From positions 3,679-67,678 of the forward strand of contig CAYUMP010000016.1 in the NCBI GenBank assembly GCA_964445975.1: 64,000 nt of DNA, given 5' to 3'. Positions within the stretch are counted from its first letter, which is position 1; every line of letters starts with the position of its first letter. The stretch comes from an uncultured Chthoniobacterales bacterium. Its GTDB lineage: Bacteria; Verrucomicrobiota; Verrucomicrobiia; Chthoniobacterales; Terrimicrobiaceae. The notes beneath the pieces were generated by a model, which was not told the origin of the DNA, made no database searches, and was given only the letters and a program-made list of their open reading frames with translations. Of the stretch, positions 50,045 through 59,582 are shown in pieces. Both the position numbers and the translations under genes were made by a program.

Positions 50045-52474
50045 TTGTTCCTAGTGGTTAATCATCCAGAGCTTCTGGCCCCGGCCGGGGATTGGGATTG
50101 TCTGCGCGCTGCCGTGGCGGCCGGCGCGGACGCGGTGTTCTTTGGCCTGCCACGTTTTAACGCCCGCATGCGGGCGGAGAACTTCTCCGAAGAAGACCTT
50201 CCGAAGGTCATGGAGTTTCTGCACAAACATGGAGTGAAGGGTTACGTCACCCTGAACGTCCTGATCTTTCCCGACGAAATGGACGATGCCGTGGCCGAGT
50301 TGCGGTTGCTCAACGACAACGGGGTCGATGCGGTCATTATCCAGGATTTCGGTCTGGCCGAAATTTCCCGCCAGATGTTCCCGGCCCTGCGGGTCCATGC
50401 GTCCACCCAGATGACAGTGACCTCGCCTGAAGGAGTCCAATTCGCAGAAAAGCTCGGCGCCAAACAAGTTGTCCTTTCACGCGAGCTGTCCTTGCGGGAA
50501 TTGGCCAAGTTTCCCAGTGGATTGCCGTTGGAAGTCTTCGTGCATGGTGCGCTCTGCGTAGCGTATTCCGGCCAGTGTCTCACCAGTGAGTCTCTCGGCC
50601 AGCGGAGCGCCAATCGAGGCGAATGCGCCCAGGCCTGTCGCATGCCTTACGACATCGTCGTCGATGGCAAGGTGCAGGATCTGGGCGATAAACGTTACCT
50701 GCTTTCCCCGCAGGACCTCGCGGCCGTGCGGGAGATTCCGGAATTGATCCGCCTCGGGGTTGCCAGTTTCAAAATCGAGGGACGTTTGAAGACCCCGGAG
50801 TATGTGACCGCAGTGACCAGCGTGTACCGCAAGGCCATTGATGAAGCCCTCTTGCAGCAAACCAAGGAAACGCCCGAGGCCGATTGGTACAAGCTGGAGA
50901 TGACCTTCTCCCGCGGCCTCTTCAGCGGCTGGATGCATGGAGTGGATCATCAACGATTGGTCAATGCCACCTACGGCAAGAAGCGCGGGGTGCTGGCCGG
51001 CCGCGTACGCGAGAGTGCTCGCGACCACGTCGAACTCGACACACAAATCCCCCTGCATGTGGGCGAAGGGATCGTTTTTGAAAATGCCGCGGACACCAAT
51101 GCGGAACAAGGGGGCCGCATTTATGAAATCCGCGGCAATCGCTTCTATTTCGAGCACGGCAAACTTAACACGGCAAAAATTCCGGTCGGCACCCGCGTCT
51201 GGAAAACCAGTGATCCCGCCCTGGAAAGAGATCTGAAGAGAGCCCGCCAGGCCCGTATCGAAACGGACGGACGCGGTAAACATTTGCTCTCCCTGAAATT
51301 CACCGGCCAGGTGGGACTGCCTCTGTCCCTCGAAGTCGAGGGCCTGACCTTGCGCACGACCGCACCGCTCGATGCCGCCCAAAAATTTTCCCTCGATGGC
51401 AAAACCTTGGAGGACATTTTTTCCCGCCTGAACGACACCCCATATCATCTGGAGAACCTCTCCTGCGAACTGGAAGGATCAACCTATTTGCCCAAGAGCG
51501 AGCTGAGCCGGCTCAAGCATGAAATGGTAAAGGCTCTCGACCAACTGGCGGCGGAGAAACGGCGCGCTTCCGGTGTCACCCTGCCAGCGGTGCTCAAGTC
51601 CCTGCTCGAAATCGTTCCGGCTCGAAACCAACCCGAATCTCTGCCTGTGTTATGCCGCACCATGGAGCAGATCGAAGCCGCCCTGAAGTGCGGCATCTCC
51701 ACAATCTACGCCGACTTTGAGGACATCCGCCGCTACAAGGACGCGGTGCAATGCGTCCGCCAAAAGGATGGCGCGGAAATCCTGCTGGCGACACCCCGTA
51801 TTCAGAAAGCCGGCGAACAGGGCTTTTTCAAACTCATCGAGAACATGGAGCCGGATGGCGTACTCATCCGCAATGTGGGGGCCATTTCATACTTTCAGGA
51901 CAAGCCGCTCCGGAAAATCGGCGACTTCTCGCTCAATGTGTCCAATCCGGCCACGGCGGCTGTGCTGCTTTCATTGGGATTGGAGCGGGTGACGATTTCT
52001 TACGATCTGAATATCACGCAGGTGCTGTCGTTGCTCCATTCCGCTCCGCCCGAGTGGTTCGAACTGACCATCCATCAGCATATGCCGATGTTTCACATGG
52101 AGCATTGCGTCTTTGCCGCGTTCCTTTCAAAAGGCTCGACCTTCCTCGATTGCGGGCGACCCTGCGAAAAACATCGTGTGCATCTGCGCGACCGCGTGGG
52201 GATCGAGCATCCACTCCGGGCGGACGTAGGTTGCCGCAACACCCTGTTCAATGCCGCCGCCCAGACCGGCGCGGCTCATTTCGACGACCTGCGGACCGCC
52301 GGGCTGCGGCAGTTCCGCGTGGAATTGCTGGAAGAAAGCGGCCCCGAGTCCGTCACCGCAATCCGGGCGTATCAGGAGTTGCTTGGAGGACAGACCAGTG
52401 GCGAAAATTTGTGGCATGACCTCAGAGCGAAATCCCAACTGGGCGTGACGCGGGGAACTTTGGTGGCCAAATAG
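50045..52474 (+). CDS. U32-family peptidase-like protein (long form)
   Basis: Patterns ELLAPAGDWDCLRAAVAAGADAVFFG and FVHGALCVAYSGQCLTS. 809 aa. The start is TTG 50045 or GTG 50054; no ATG is available. Confidence 0.85.
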   Translation: MFLVVNHPELLAPAGDWDCLRAAVAAGADAVFFGLPRFNARMRAENFSEEDLPKVMEFLHKHGVKGYVTLNVLIFPDEMDDAVAELRLLNDNGVDAVIIQDFGLAEISRQMFPALRVHASTQMTVTSPEGVQFAEKLGAKQVVLSRELSLRELAKFPSGLPLEVFVHGALCVAYSGQCLTSESLGQRSANRGECAQACRMPYDIVVDGKVQDLGDKRYLLSPQDLAAVREIPELIRLGVASFKIEGRLKTPEYVTAVTSVYRKAIDEALLQQTKETPEADWYKLEMTFSRGLFSGWMHGVDHQRLVNATYGKKRGVLAGRVRESARDHVELDTQIPLHVGEGIVFENAADTNAEQGGRIYEIRGNRFYFEHGKLNTAKIPVGTRVWKTSDPALERDLKRARQARIETDGRGKHLLSLKFTGQVGLPLSLEVEGLTLRTTAPLDAAQKFSLDGKTLEDIFSRLNDTPYHLENLSCELEGSTYLPKSELSRLKHEMVKALDQLAAEKRRASGVTLPAVLKSLLEIVPARNQPESLPVLCRTMEQIEAALKCGISTIYADFEDIRRYKDAVQCVRQKDGAEILLATPRIQKAGEQGFFKLIENMEPDGVLIRNVGAISYFQDKPLRKIGDFSLNVSNPATAAVLLSLGLERVTISYDLNITQVLSLLHSAPPEWFELTIHQHMPMFHMEHCVFAAFLSKGSTFLDCGRPCEKHRVHLRDRVGIEHPLRADVGCRNTLFNAAAQTGAAHFDDLRTAGLRQFRVELLEESGPESVTAIRAYQELLGGQTSGENLWHDLRAKSQLGVTRGTLVAK

Positions 52475-52475
52475 C

Positions 52476-53396
52476 ATGCTCGTCGTTGAAACCCTCGCGC
52501 CGCTGATCCTGCTCATCGCTCTCGGCGCGGGCCTGGCCCACATCAAGTTTCTCGGCCGGGATTTCATGAACGACCTGAACAAGCTGGCGTTCTGGATCGC
52601 ACTACCTGCCCTTTTATTTACTTCGGCGAACCATGCCGCCGAGCCTGGTTCGCAAACCTGGCTGCTATTGGGCGTGATGGTGGCAGCAACCCTACTCATC
52701 GTTGCGCTGGCGTGGGGTGCCAGCTTCCTGCTGCGTATGCCGGGAAACGTTCGCGGCACATTGATGCAATCGGCCTTTCGCGGCAATCTCGCCTACATCG
52801 GTATTCCCGTGCTGGCTTACAGTCTGGCCGGAGACAACAAGGCGATGGCTTCGGCTGTCATTGTGATGGTGCTGCTCATGGCCAGTTACAACATCCTGGC
52901 GGTCATCGTGCTGCAATCGAGCCACCATGGCGCAGGCACAGACTGGCGCAAAGTAGCGCGCTCCATCGCCACAAACCCTCTCATGCTGGCCGGCCTGCTG
53001 GGCCTGATTGTCCCACTCTTGAATATTGTCCTGCCTAGTTTTGTGGATCGCGCGCTGCAATCGCTGGGCAACGCGGCCGTGCCCATCGCGCTCCTTTGCA
53101 TCGGCGGTTCGCTGGCGATCACCCCATTGCATGGGCGGCGCTCATGGATCACAGCCGCCGCGCTGCTCAAAATCGCGGTTCTGCCCTTTATAGTTTTCTG
53201 GATCGCCCGTCTCGCGGGACTAGGCCCCCAGGAGCAGCGCATTGCGCTCGTCTTCGCTTCCTGCCCAACGGCGGCGGCATCCTTCGTGATGGCCAAGCAA
53301 ATGGGCGGAGACGAGGCCCTCGCCTCGGGCAGCATTGCCTTGAGTACCGTGCTCTCGGGAATTTCTCTGGCGGTGGCCTTGTGGCTGACCGCTTAG
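52476..53396 (+). CDS. AEC (auxin efflux carrier) family transporter
   Basis: 306 aa, about 10 TM segments. N-terminus LAPLILLIALGAGLAHIKFLGRDFMNDLNKLAFWIALPALLF. The ATG lies 1 nt after the upstream stop. Confidence 0.8.
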   Translation: MLVVETLAPLILLIALGAGLAHIKFLGRDFMNDLNKLAFWIALPALLFTSANHAAEPGSQTWLLLGVMVAATLLIVALAWGASFLLRMPGNVRGTLMQSAFRGNLAYIGIPVLAYSLAGDNKAMASAVIVMVLLMASYNILAVIVLQSSHHGAGTDWRKVARSIATNPLMLAGLLGLIVPLLNIVLPSFVDRALQSLGNAAVPIALLCIGGSLAITPLHGRRSWITAAALLKIAVLPFIVFWIARLAGLGPQEQRIALVFASCPTAAASFVMAKQMGGDEALASGSIALSTVLSGISLAVALWLTA

Positions 53397-53399
53397 TCC

Positions 53400-54281
53400 T
53401 CAATACTCGCGAGCGAGAAGGTAGTCGGCGAGTTCGCGAAGACGGTCGCCTTTCAGGCCGGGAGATTCCAGGGTCTCAAGCGCCTGGGCGGTTAATTTAC
53501 GAGCTTCCTTACGAGCGTTGTCCAGGCCAATGAGGGCCGGATAGGTCGTCTTCTGCGCAGCCACATCTTTACCGGCGCTTTTGCCGAGCTTTTCGCTCGT
53601 TTGAGTAATGTCGAGGATGTCGTCGATGACCTGAAAAGCGAGCCCGAGGTTGCGGCCAAAAAGGGTCAGCGCCTCCAGCGTTCCGGGAGAAGCGTTGGCG
53701 CTCATGGCCCCAAGACGAAGGCTGGCGATGATCATGGCCGCGGTTTTCCCTTCATGGATGAAACGCAACTCAGCCCGGGTGGATTTTTTGCCTTCGGCTT
53801 CGATATCCGCCACCTGACCGGCAATCAGTTTTTTACTGCCGGCCGCGACGGTGAGCTCAGCGAAGAAATGGCGCAGCTTATAGCGGGCGGTCTCCTTCTG
53901 GGCGAGGAGGACCTCGAAGGCCTGAGTCAACAGGGCGTCACCGGCCAATACAGCCACGCCTTCGCCAAAAACCTTGTGCGACGTAGGGCGACCGCGGCGG
54001 AGATCATCATCATCCATGCAGGGGAGATCGTCGTGAATGAGCGAGTAGGTATGGATGCACTCCACGGCACAGGCGGAGGGCAGCGCAGCCTCGGATTTTC
54101 CTCCACAGGCCTCAGCCGCAGCGAGACAGAGAATCGGCCGCAACCGTTTGCCGCCGGCAAAGAGGCTGTAGCGCATGGCCGTATGAATGGTCGGGGGCTT
54201 GGCCGAAGCCCGGGGCAGGAAGTCATCCAGGGCGGCATCGACCTGTTTGGACCTCTCCTTCAGATACTTTTCCAAGCTCAT
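53400..54281 (-). CDS. polyprenyl (farnesyl/geranylgeranyl) diphosphate synthase
   Basis: Trimmed to ATG 54281 (MSLEKYL...). First Asp-rich motif: LIHDDLPCMDDDDLRRG. Second: FQVIDDILD. Confidence 0.9.
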   Translation of the reverse strand: MSLEKYLKERSKQVDAALDDFLPRASAKPPTIHTAMRYSLFAGGKRLRPILCLAAAEACGGKSEAALPSACAVECIHTYSLIHDDLPCMDDDDLRRGRPTSHKVFGEGVAVLAGDALLTQAFEVLLAQKETARYKLRHFFAELTVAAGSKKLIAGQVADIEAEGKKSTRAELRFIHEGKTAAMIIASLRLGAMSANASPGTLEALTLFGRNLGLAFQVIDDILDITQTSEKLGKSAGKDVAAQKTTYPALIGLDNARKEARKLTAQALETLESPGLKGDRLRELADYLLAREY

Positions 54282-54364
54282 CGGGGGTGCATCTTGCACG
54301 GAAAAAAATTGTTGGGAAGCATCGCTTGCATGTCGGCCACGGGAAGGCATCATCGCGAGCCGCG

Positions 54365-54952
54365 ATGCATAAACTTCGGCTTGGTGTACTTGGTTCAGGA
54401 AAGGGGTCTAATTTTCGCGCCATTTTGGAGGCAATCCAGAGTAAAACTCTCGAGGCGGAGGTCGCCATTGTCATCGCGGATCAGCCCGAGGCGGGCATTT
54501 TGTCGCTGGCGAAGGAAGCTGGCATCGCCCACGCCACGATCACCGATTCCCGTTTCAAAACCAAGTTGTCGCCGGAGGTGGAGGGGGAACTGGTTTCACT
54601 GCTTAAAAATGCCCGGGTGGATCTGGTGGTTCTGGCGGGATATATGCGGATGGTGAAGGCCCCGATGCTGGAGGCTTTTGGTAAAAAGATCATCAATATC
54701 CACCCCTCCCTGCTACCGGAATTCCCGGGGTTGGCGGGGTGGCAACAGGCCCTGGAAGCGGGGGGGAAAACGACGGGGTGCACGGTGCATTATGTCGATT
54801 CCGGCATGGATACTGGGGAGATCATTGCGCAGGCCGAAGTGCCGATCCTGCCGGAAGACACGGCGGAGAGTCTGCATGCGCGCATCCAGGTGGCGGAGCA
54901 TGCCCTTTATCCGGCGGTCATCGCCCGATTTGCCAAGGGAGAACTGCCATGA
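54365..54952 (+). CDS. purN: phosphoribosylglycinamide formyltransferase
   Basis: Trimmed to ATG 54365 (MHKLRLGVLGSGKGSNFRAIL). Patterns NIHPSLLPEFPG, TGCTVHYVDSGMDTGEIIAQ. Confidence 0.92.
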   Translation: MHKLRLGVLGSGKGSNFRAILEAIQSKTLEAEVAIVIADQPEAGILSLAKEAGIAHATITDSRFKTKLSPEVEGELVSLLKNARVDLVVLAGYMRMVKAPMLEAFGKKIINIHPSLLPEFPGLAGWQQALEAGGKTTGCTVHYVDSGMDTGEIIAQAEVPILPEDTAESLHARIQVAEHALYPAVIARFAKGELP

Positions 54953-56955
54953 GCGGCTTTCGCTTTTTTGACCTCAACGAGGAGCAACTGTCTGCTGTCC
55001 AGCATGATACCGGCCCCATGCTCATCCTGGCCGGCGCGGGCACGGGCAAGACCCGCACCATTACCGCGCGCATCGCGTGGCTGATCGCCGAGGGCGCGGA
55101 CCCCAGCAAGATCATGGCCGTGACCTTCACGAATAAGGCGGCACGGGAAATGAAGGAACGTATCGCCGGCATGGTCGAGGCGGACGCGGCCAAGCAGGTG
55201 ACGGCCTCCACTTTTCACGCGCTGTGTGTGCGCATCCTGCGCGGCGATGCGGAACGACTGGGTTACAAGGCTAATTTCTCGATCTTCGATGAGGGCGATC
55301 AGATGGGGTTGATCAAAAAAATCATCACCCGCGTGGCGGCGAAAGACGAAAAGCTCGATCCTAATCTGGCTAAAAACCTGATCAGCAAGGCCAAAAACAA
55401 CGGCTGGGCCGCGCCGGCAGAGGAGGACACGCTGATCGGTTCGGTGTATCGGCGATACGAGCAGGAGTTGCGCGCGCTCAACGCGATGGATTTTGACGAT
55501 TTGCTGGGCAAGGCGGTGACGCTGCTGGCGGAGCATCCCGAAGCGCGGGAGAAGTGGCGCGCCCGCATCAAGCATTTGATGGTGGACGAATTTCAGGATA
55601 CGAACCGGCTGCAGCTCGATCTGGTAAACATGCTGGCGACGGGAACCCCGCCCAACGTGTGCGTGGTAGGCGACGACGACCAGAGCATCTACGGCTGGCG
55701 CGGGGCTGAAGTGTCGAACATTCTGGAGTTCGAGAAGCATTTTCCCGATCCGAAGGTCATTCGACTCGAGCAAAACTATCGCAGCACGAACTCCATCCTC
55801 GGAGCGGCCAACCGGCTGATCAGAAACAATCCGCGCCGCCGCGGGAAAAATCTGTGGAGTCCGCAGGAAGGCGGCGAACCGGTGAAGATCGTCGGAGTGC
55901 CGGATGACCGCAAGGAGGCGGAATTCGTGGCCCAGGAGATCGCGGCCCACCGCGACTCCGAGAAGCTGCCGTGGGAACATTTCGCGGTGATCTACCGCAT
56001 GAATGCGCAGTCGCGCTTGCTGGAGGAAAATCTGCGCAAACTGAAAATTCCCTACCGTCTGGTCGGCGGGAAGAGCTTCTTCGAGCGGCGTGAGATCAAG
56101 GATCTCACGGCATACATGTCGGTCCTCCTGAACTCTTCGGACGATCAGGCGCTGCTGCGCATCATCAATACTCCGCCCCGGGGCATTGGCCCTACGACGG
56201 TGGAACTAGCGTTGTCCTTTAGTATGGACCACAGTCTGAGTCTTTTCGAAGCGCTGCGGCATCCTGACCATCTGGATGGGTGTACGCGCAAGACGGGCGA
56301 GTCGATTCGAGCGTTCCTGGATGAGATCGAAACGGCGCGCATTCGCGTACTGACTCCAGGCGTTGACGCAGCCGAAATCATCTCCACCCTGCTGTTGGAA
56401 TGCGGGTATCTGGAAGACCTCAAGCGCTCGTGCAAAACCACGGACGAGGCGATGAATCGCGAGGAGAACGTGAAGGAAATGCTGCGCGGACTATCCGAGT
56501 ATCAGAAGCGCTCCAAACATGGCCTGCAGGGCTATCTGGACGAAGTCAGCCTCGATCGCGAGCGTGAGGAGGACAAGGAGGACACCAACCGTGGTGTAAC
56601 CCTCATCACCATGCATGCGGCCAAGGGACTGGAATTTCCCAACGTGTACCTGGTGGGAGCAGAGGACGGTTTGCTGCCTCACGAACGCTCAAAAACCGAG
56701 GGCACCGTGGATGAAGAGCGACGGCTTTTTTATGTGGGCATCACCCGCGCGATGAAATCACTGGTCATCAGCTGGTGCCGCGCGCGGACGAAATTCGGCA
56801 GCGCCATGCATTGCAGTCCGAGTCCGTTTTTAAAGGAAATCCGCGGGGAGAATGTGATTGAAGAAGGGTATGAGGAGATCATGAATCGTCCGATGGAAGA
56901 AGAGGACATCACCGCACAATTTGCCCGGGCGCGAGCGCAGCTGGCCGGATCATGA
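54949..56955 (+). CDS. uvrD: UvrD/PcrA/Rep-family ATP-dependent DNA helicase
   Basis: Track ORF starts at 54739 inside purN. Trimmed to ATG 54949 (MSGFRFFDLNEEQLSAV), which forms an ATGA overlap. Motifs: AGAGTGKTRT, DEFQDTN, VGDDDQSIYGWRGA, TMHAAKGLEF. Confidence 0.93.
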   Translation: MSGFRFFDLNEEQLSAVQHDTGPMLILAGAGTGKTRTITARIAWLIAEGADPSKIMAVTFTNKAAREMKERIAGMVEADAAKQVTASTFHALCVRILRGDAERLGYKANFSIFDEGDQMGLIKKIITRVAAKDEKLDPNLAKNLISKAKNNGWAAPAEEDTLIGSVYRRYEQELRALNAMDFDDLLGKAVTLLAEHPEAREKWRARIKHLMVDEFQDTNRLQLDLVNMLATGTPPNVCVVGDDDQSIYGWRGAEVSNILEFEKHFPDPKVIRLEQNYRSTNSILGAANRLIRNNPRRRGKNLWSPQEGGEPVKIVGVPDDRKEAEFVAQEIAAHRDSEKLPWEHFAVIYRMNAQSRLLEENLRKLKIPYRLVGGKSFFERREIKDLTAYMSVLLNSSDDQALLRIINTPPRGIGPTTVELALSFSMDHSLSLFEALRHPDHLDGCTRKTGESIRAFLDEIETARIRVLTPGVDAAEIISTLLLECGYLEDLKRSCKTTDEAMNREENVKEMLRGLSEYQKRSKHGLQGYLDEVSLDREREEDKEDTNRGVTLITMHAAKGLEFPNVYLVGAEDGLLPHERSKTEGTVDEERRLFYVGITRAMKSLVISWCRARTKFGSAMHCSPSPFLKEIRGENVIEEGYEEIMNRPMEEEDITAQFARARAQLAGS

Positions 56956-57728
56956 AAATGAAATTCGGCATTCTCGGCGCCATGCCCCAGGAAGTAGCCC
57001 TGATGGTTCGCTCCCTCACAGTCCTGCGCACGACGGAAGTCAGCGGACGCACGTTTTATGAGGGGACATGGGCGGGCCAGGACGTCGTGGTGGTGCTCTC
57101 GCGCGTGGGCAAGGTCTCGGCTGCGATCACGACCATGCTGCTGCTGGAGCGATTTGGGGTCAGTCATGTTATTTTTACCGGCGTGGCCGGCGCGGTCGAT
57201 ACCCGCCTGCGCATCGGCGACATCGTGGTCGGGGAGGGTTCGATCCAGCACGACATGGACGCGAGCCCGCTCTTTCCCCGCTTTGAGATTCCGCTGCTGG
57301 GAAAAACGGAGTTCGAAACGCCGTTACACGCCGAGGCTTTTTCGGCCGCCACCACCTATCTGGCCGGACCCTTCGATACCGATGTGCCGCCGGAGCGGCG
57401 GAGTGCCTTTGGCATTACCCAGCCCCAGGTCTACCGGGGACTTATCGTCAGCGGAGACCAGTTCCTCGCCGACCCCATCCGCACAGCAGCGCTGCGGAGC
57501 GCCCTTCCCCGTGCCTTGTGCACGGAAATGGAGGGCGCGGCGGTGGCCCAGGTCTGCCATGAAATGGGCAACGTCCCGCATGCCATCATCCGGGTCATTT
57601 CCGACCAGGCGGACCACTCGGCGGCGGTGGATTTTCTCCGGTTCGTCGATGAGGTCGCGGAATACGTGACCGGCGGCATCGTAAAAGCCCTGCTGGAATC
57701 ATTTGGCGAATCGCCCGCGAGTTCGTAA
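56952..57728 (+). CDS. mtnN: 5'-methylthioadenosine/S-adenosylhomocysteine nucleosidase
   Basis: Patterns KFGILGAMPQEVALM, VGKVSAAITTMLLLERFGVSHVIFTGVAGA, TEMEGAAVAQVC. ATGA overlap with uvrD. Confidence 0.9.
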   Translation: MKMKFGILGAMPQEVALMVRSLTVLRTTEVSGRTFYEGTWAGQDVVVVLSRVGKVSAAITTMLLLERFGVSHVIFTGVAGAVDTRLRIGDIVVGEGSIQHDMDASPLFPRFEIPLLGKTEFETPLHAEAFSAATTYLAGPFDTDVPPERRSAFGITQPQVYRGLIVSGDQFLADPIRTAALRSALPRALCTEMEGAAVAQVCHEMGNVPHAIIRVISDQADHSAAVDFLRFVDEVAEYVTGGIVKALLESFGESPASS

Positions 57729-57737
57729 ATTCCCTCC

Positions 57738-57953
57738 ATGAGCACAGGCAAAGGTTCGGCCGGAAATGTCATCGCAGCCCTCTGCAGTTTTTTTATCCCA
57801 GGGCTGGGTCAGCTGGTGCAAGGCCGCATCCTTGCGGCGATTCTTTTCTTTGTTTTTGCCGGAATCATCTGGGCCGTCACCTTTGGCATGTTCGGTTGGG
57901 TGATTCACCTCTGGGCCACCTTGGACGCGGCATTGTGGAAGCCGAAATCCTGA
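57738..57953 (+). CDS. small two-TM membrane protein
   Basis: 71 aa. Sequence IAALCSFFIPGLGQLVQGRILAAILFFVFAGIIWAV. The ATG lies 9 nt after the mtnN stop. Confidence 0.5.
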   Translation: MSTGKGSAGNVIAALCSFFIPGLGQLVQGRILAAILFFVFAGIIWAVTFGMFGWVIHLWATLDAALWKPKS

Positions 57954-57967
57954 GGTAAATTGGGGGC

Positions 57968-59449
57968 ATGGCCCCCCTCCATAACTACCTCAGTGGCCGT
58001 TTCGTCCCCAGCCGGGCGGGAGAGACGCGCGAAACCTTCAACCCGGCGGACAATTCCTCCCTGGGATTCGTCACGGATTCCGATGCCTTCGACGTGGACG
58101 ATGCGGTCAAAGCCGCGCGAAAGGCCTTTGATGAAGGCCCCTGGCCGGCGACGCCGGCAGGAGAGCGGGCGGCAAAGCTTTTCAAGCTGGCGGACCTGAT
58201 CGAGGCTAAGGCAGAAGAGCTGGCCCGCCTGGATACACGAAACAATGGAAAGCCGCTGCGGGAAGCGCGTTTTGATGCGGCGGATGCGGCGGGATGTTTC
58301 CGGTTTTACGCGGGATTGGCAACGAAGCCACAGGGACAAACTTATGAGGTGGGCGACCCGAATATCGTGGCGGAAACGGTGCGCGAGCCGATCGGGGTGT
58401 GCGGGCAGATCATCCCGTGGAACTATCCGCTGCTGATGGCGTCGTGGAAGCTGGCACCGGGGCTGGCGGCAGGCAACTGCTGCATCTTAAAGCCGTCGGA
58501 GTTGACGCCGCGGTCGGCGGTGCGGCTGTTTGAGTTGATCGATGAGGCGGGGTTCCCTCCGGGCGTGGCGCAATTGGTGCTGGGAGCTGGCGATCCGGTG
58601 GGCGCGGCGCTGGCGGAGCATCATGGGGTGGACAAGATCGCCTTCACCGGTGGCACAGTGACGGGGCGAAAAATCATGACGGCGGCGGCGGGAAATTTGA
58701 AAAAAATCTCTCTCGAACTGGGCGGCAAGAGCCCGAACATCGTGTTTGCGGATGCAGACTTTGCCACAGCTTTGGAGTACGCGATGTTTGGCATCTTTGC
58801 CGGACAGGGCGAGGTGTGCAGCGCCGGTTCCCGGCTGATTCTGGAGCGTTCGCTGGCAGACAAGTTTTTGCCAAAGCTGGCGGCGGCCTGCGACAAGATC
58901 GTGGTGGGCGACGGGATGGAAGAGGGGACCGAAATGGGACCGCTTATCACTCCGGGGCACCAACAGAAGGTGCTCGACTATATCGCGGCCGGTCGGGCCG
59001 AGGGAGCGCAGCTCCTGTGTGGAGGCGCCGGTTACACGGATGACCGGGCGAAGGGTAATTTCGTACGACCGACGGTCTTCACCGAGACGAAGCCGACAAT
59101 GAAAATCGTGCGCGAGGAAATCTTTGGACCGGTGCTGGTAGTGCAGCTTTTCGACACGGAGGAGGAAGCGATCAAGCTGGCCAATGATACGATCTACGGA
59201 CTGGCGGGAGCGGTTTTCACGAGCGACGGGGCGAAGGCGCGGCGGGTGATCCGCAAGCTGCGGGCGGGGATTACGTGGATCAATACGTATCATCCGACGT
59301 TTAACGAAGCGCCGTGGGGCGGGTATAAACAGAGTGGGATTGGGCGGGAGCTGGGGACCTATGGGTATGAGGCTTATACCGAGGTGAAGCAGATCAATAC
59401 GAATCTGGCGCCGGGGCCATTGGGGTGGTTTCGGGGCGTGAAGGATTGA
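57968..59449 (+). CDS. NAD(P)-dependent aldehyde dehydrogenase (betaine-aldehyde DH-like)
   Basis: Patterns IPWNYPLLMASWKLAPGLAAGN, ISLELGGKSP, GEVCSAGSRL, EEIFGPV. Confidence 0.92.
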   Translation: MAPLHNYLSGRFVPSRAGETRETFNPADNSSLGFVTDSDAFDVDDAVKAARKAFDEGPWPATPAGERAAKLFKLADLIEAKAEELARLDTRNNGKPLREARFDAADAAGCFRFYAGLATKPQGQTYEVGDPNIVAETVREPIGVCGQIIPWNYPLLMASWKLAPGLAAGNCCILKPSELTPRSAVRLFELIDEAGFPPGVAQLVLGAGDPVGAALAEHHGVDKIAFTGGTVTGRKIMTAAAGNLKKISLELGGKSPNIVFADADFATALEYAMFGIFAGQGEVCSAGSRLILERSLADKFLPKLAAACDKIVVGDGMEEGTEMGPLITPGHQQKVLDYIAAGRAEGAQLLCGGAGYTDDRAKGNFVRPTVFTETKPTMKIVREEIFGPVLVVQLFDTEEEAIKLANDTIYGLAGAVFTSDGAKARRVIRKLRAGITWINTYHPTFNEAPWGGYKQSGIGRELGTYGYEAYTEVKQINTNLAPGPLGWFRGVKD

Positions 59450-59582
59450 TCTTCACGCAAAGGTCACAAAGGGGTTTGCCCCCCAGTCGCATGTGCTTCG
59501 GAGGTTATGATGATTTTGGAGTGAATCGCGGCTAGCGGAAAATATCGTGAAACCTTGGGGGGCGGGATGGGGTTGAAGAGAT

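Noticed and set aside
50477-51448. 323-aa minus-strand ORF, plus 52127-52786 and 51751-52419
   Set aside because: They are antisense or out-of-frame overlaps of the U32 peptidase and AEC transporter genes and have no motifs.
54907-55980. 357-aa minus-strand ORF
   Set aside because: It lies antisense to the UvrD/PcrA helicase gene, whose canonical helicase motifs are on the plus strand.
58487-59293. 268-aa minus-strand ORF
   Set aside because: It lies antisense to the aldehyde dehydrogenase gene. The translation is Arg-rich and low-complexity.
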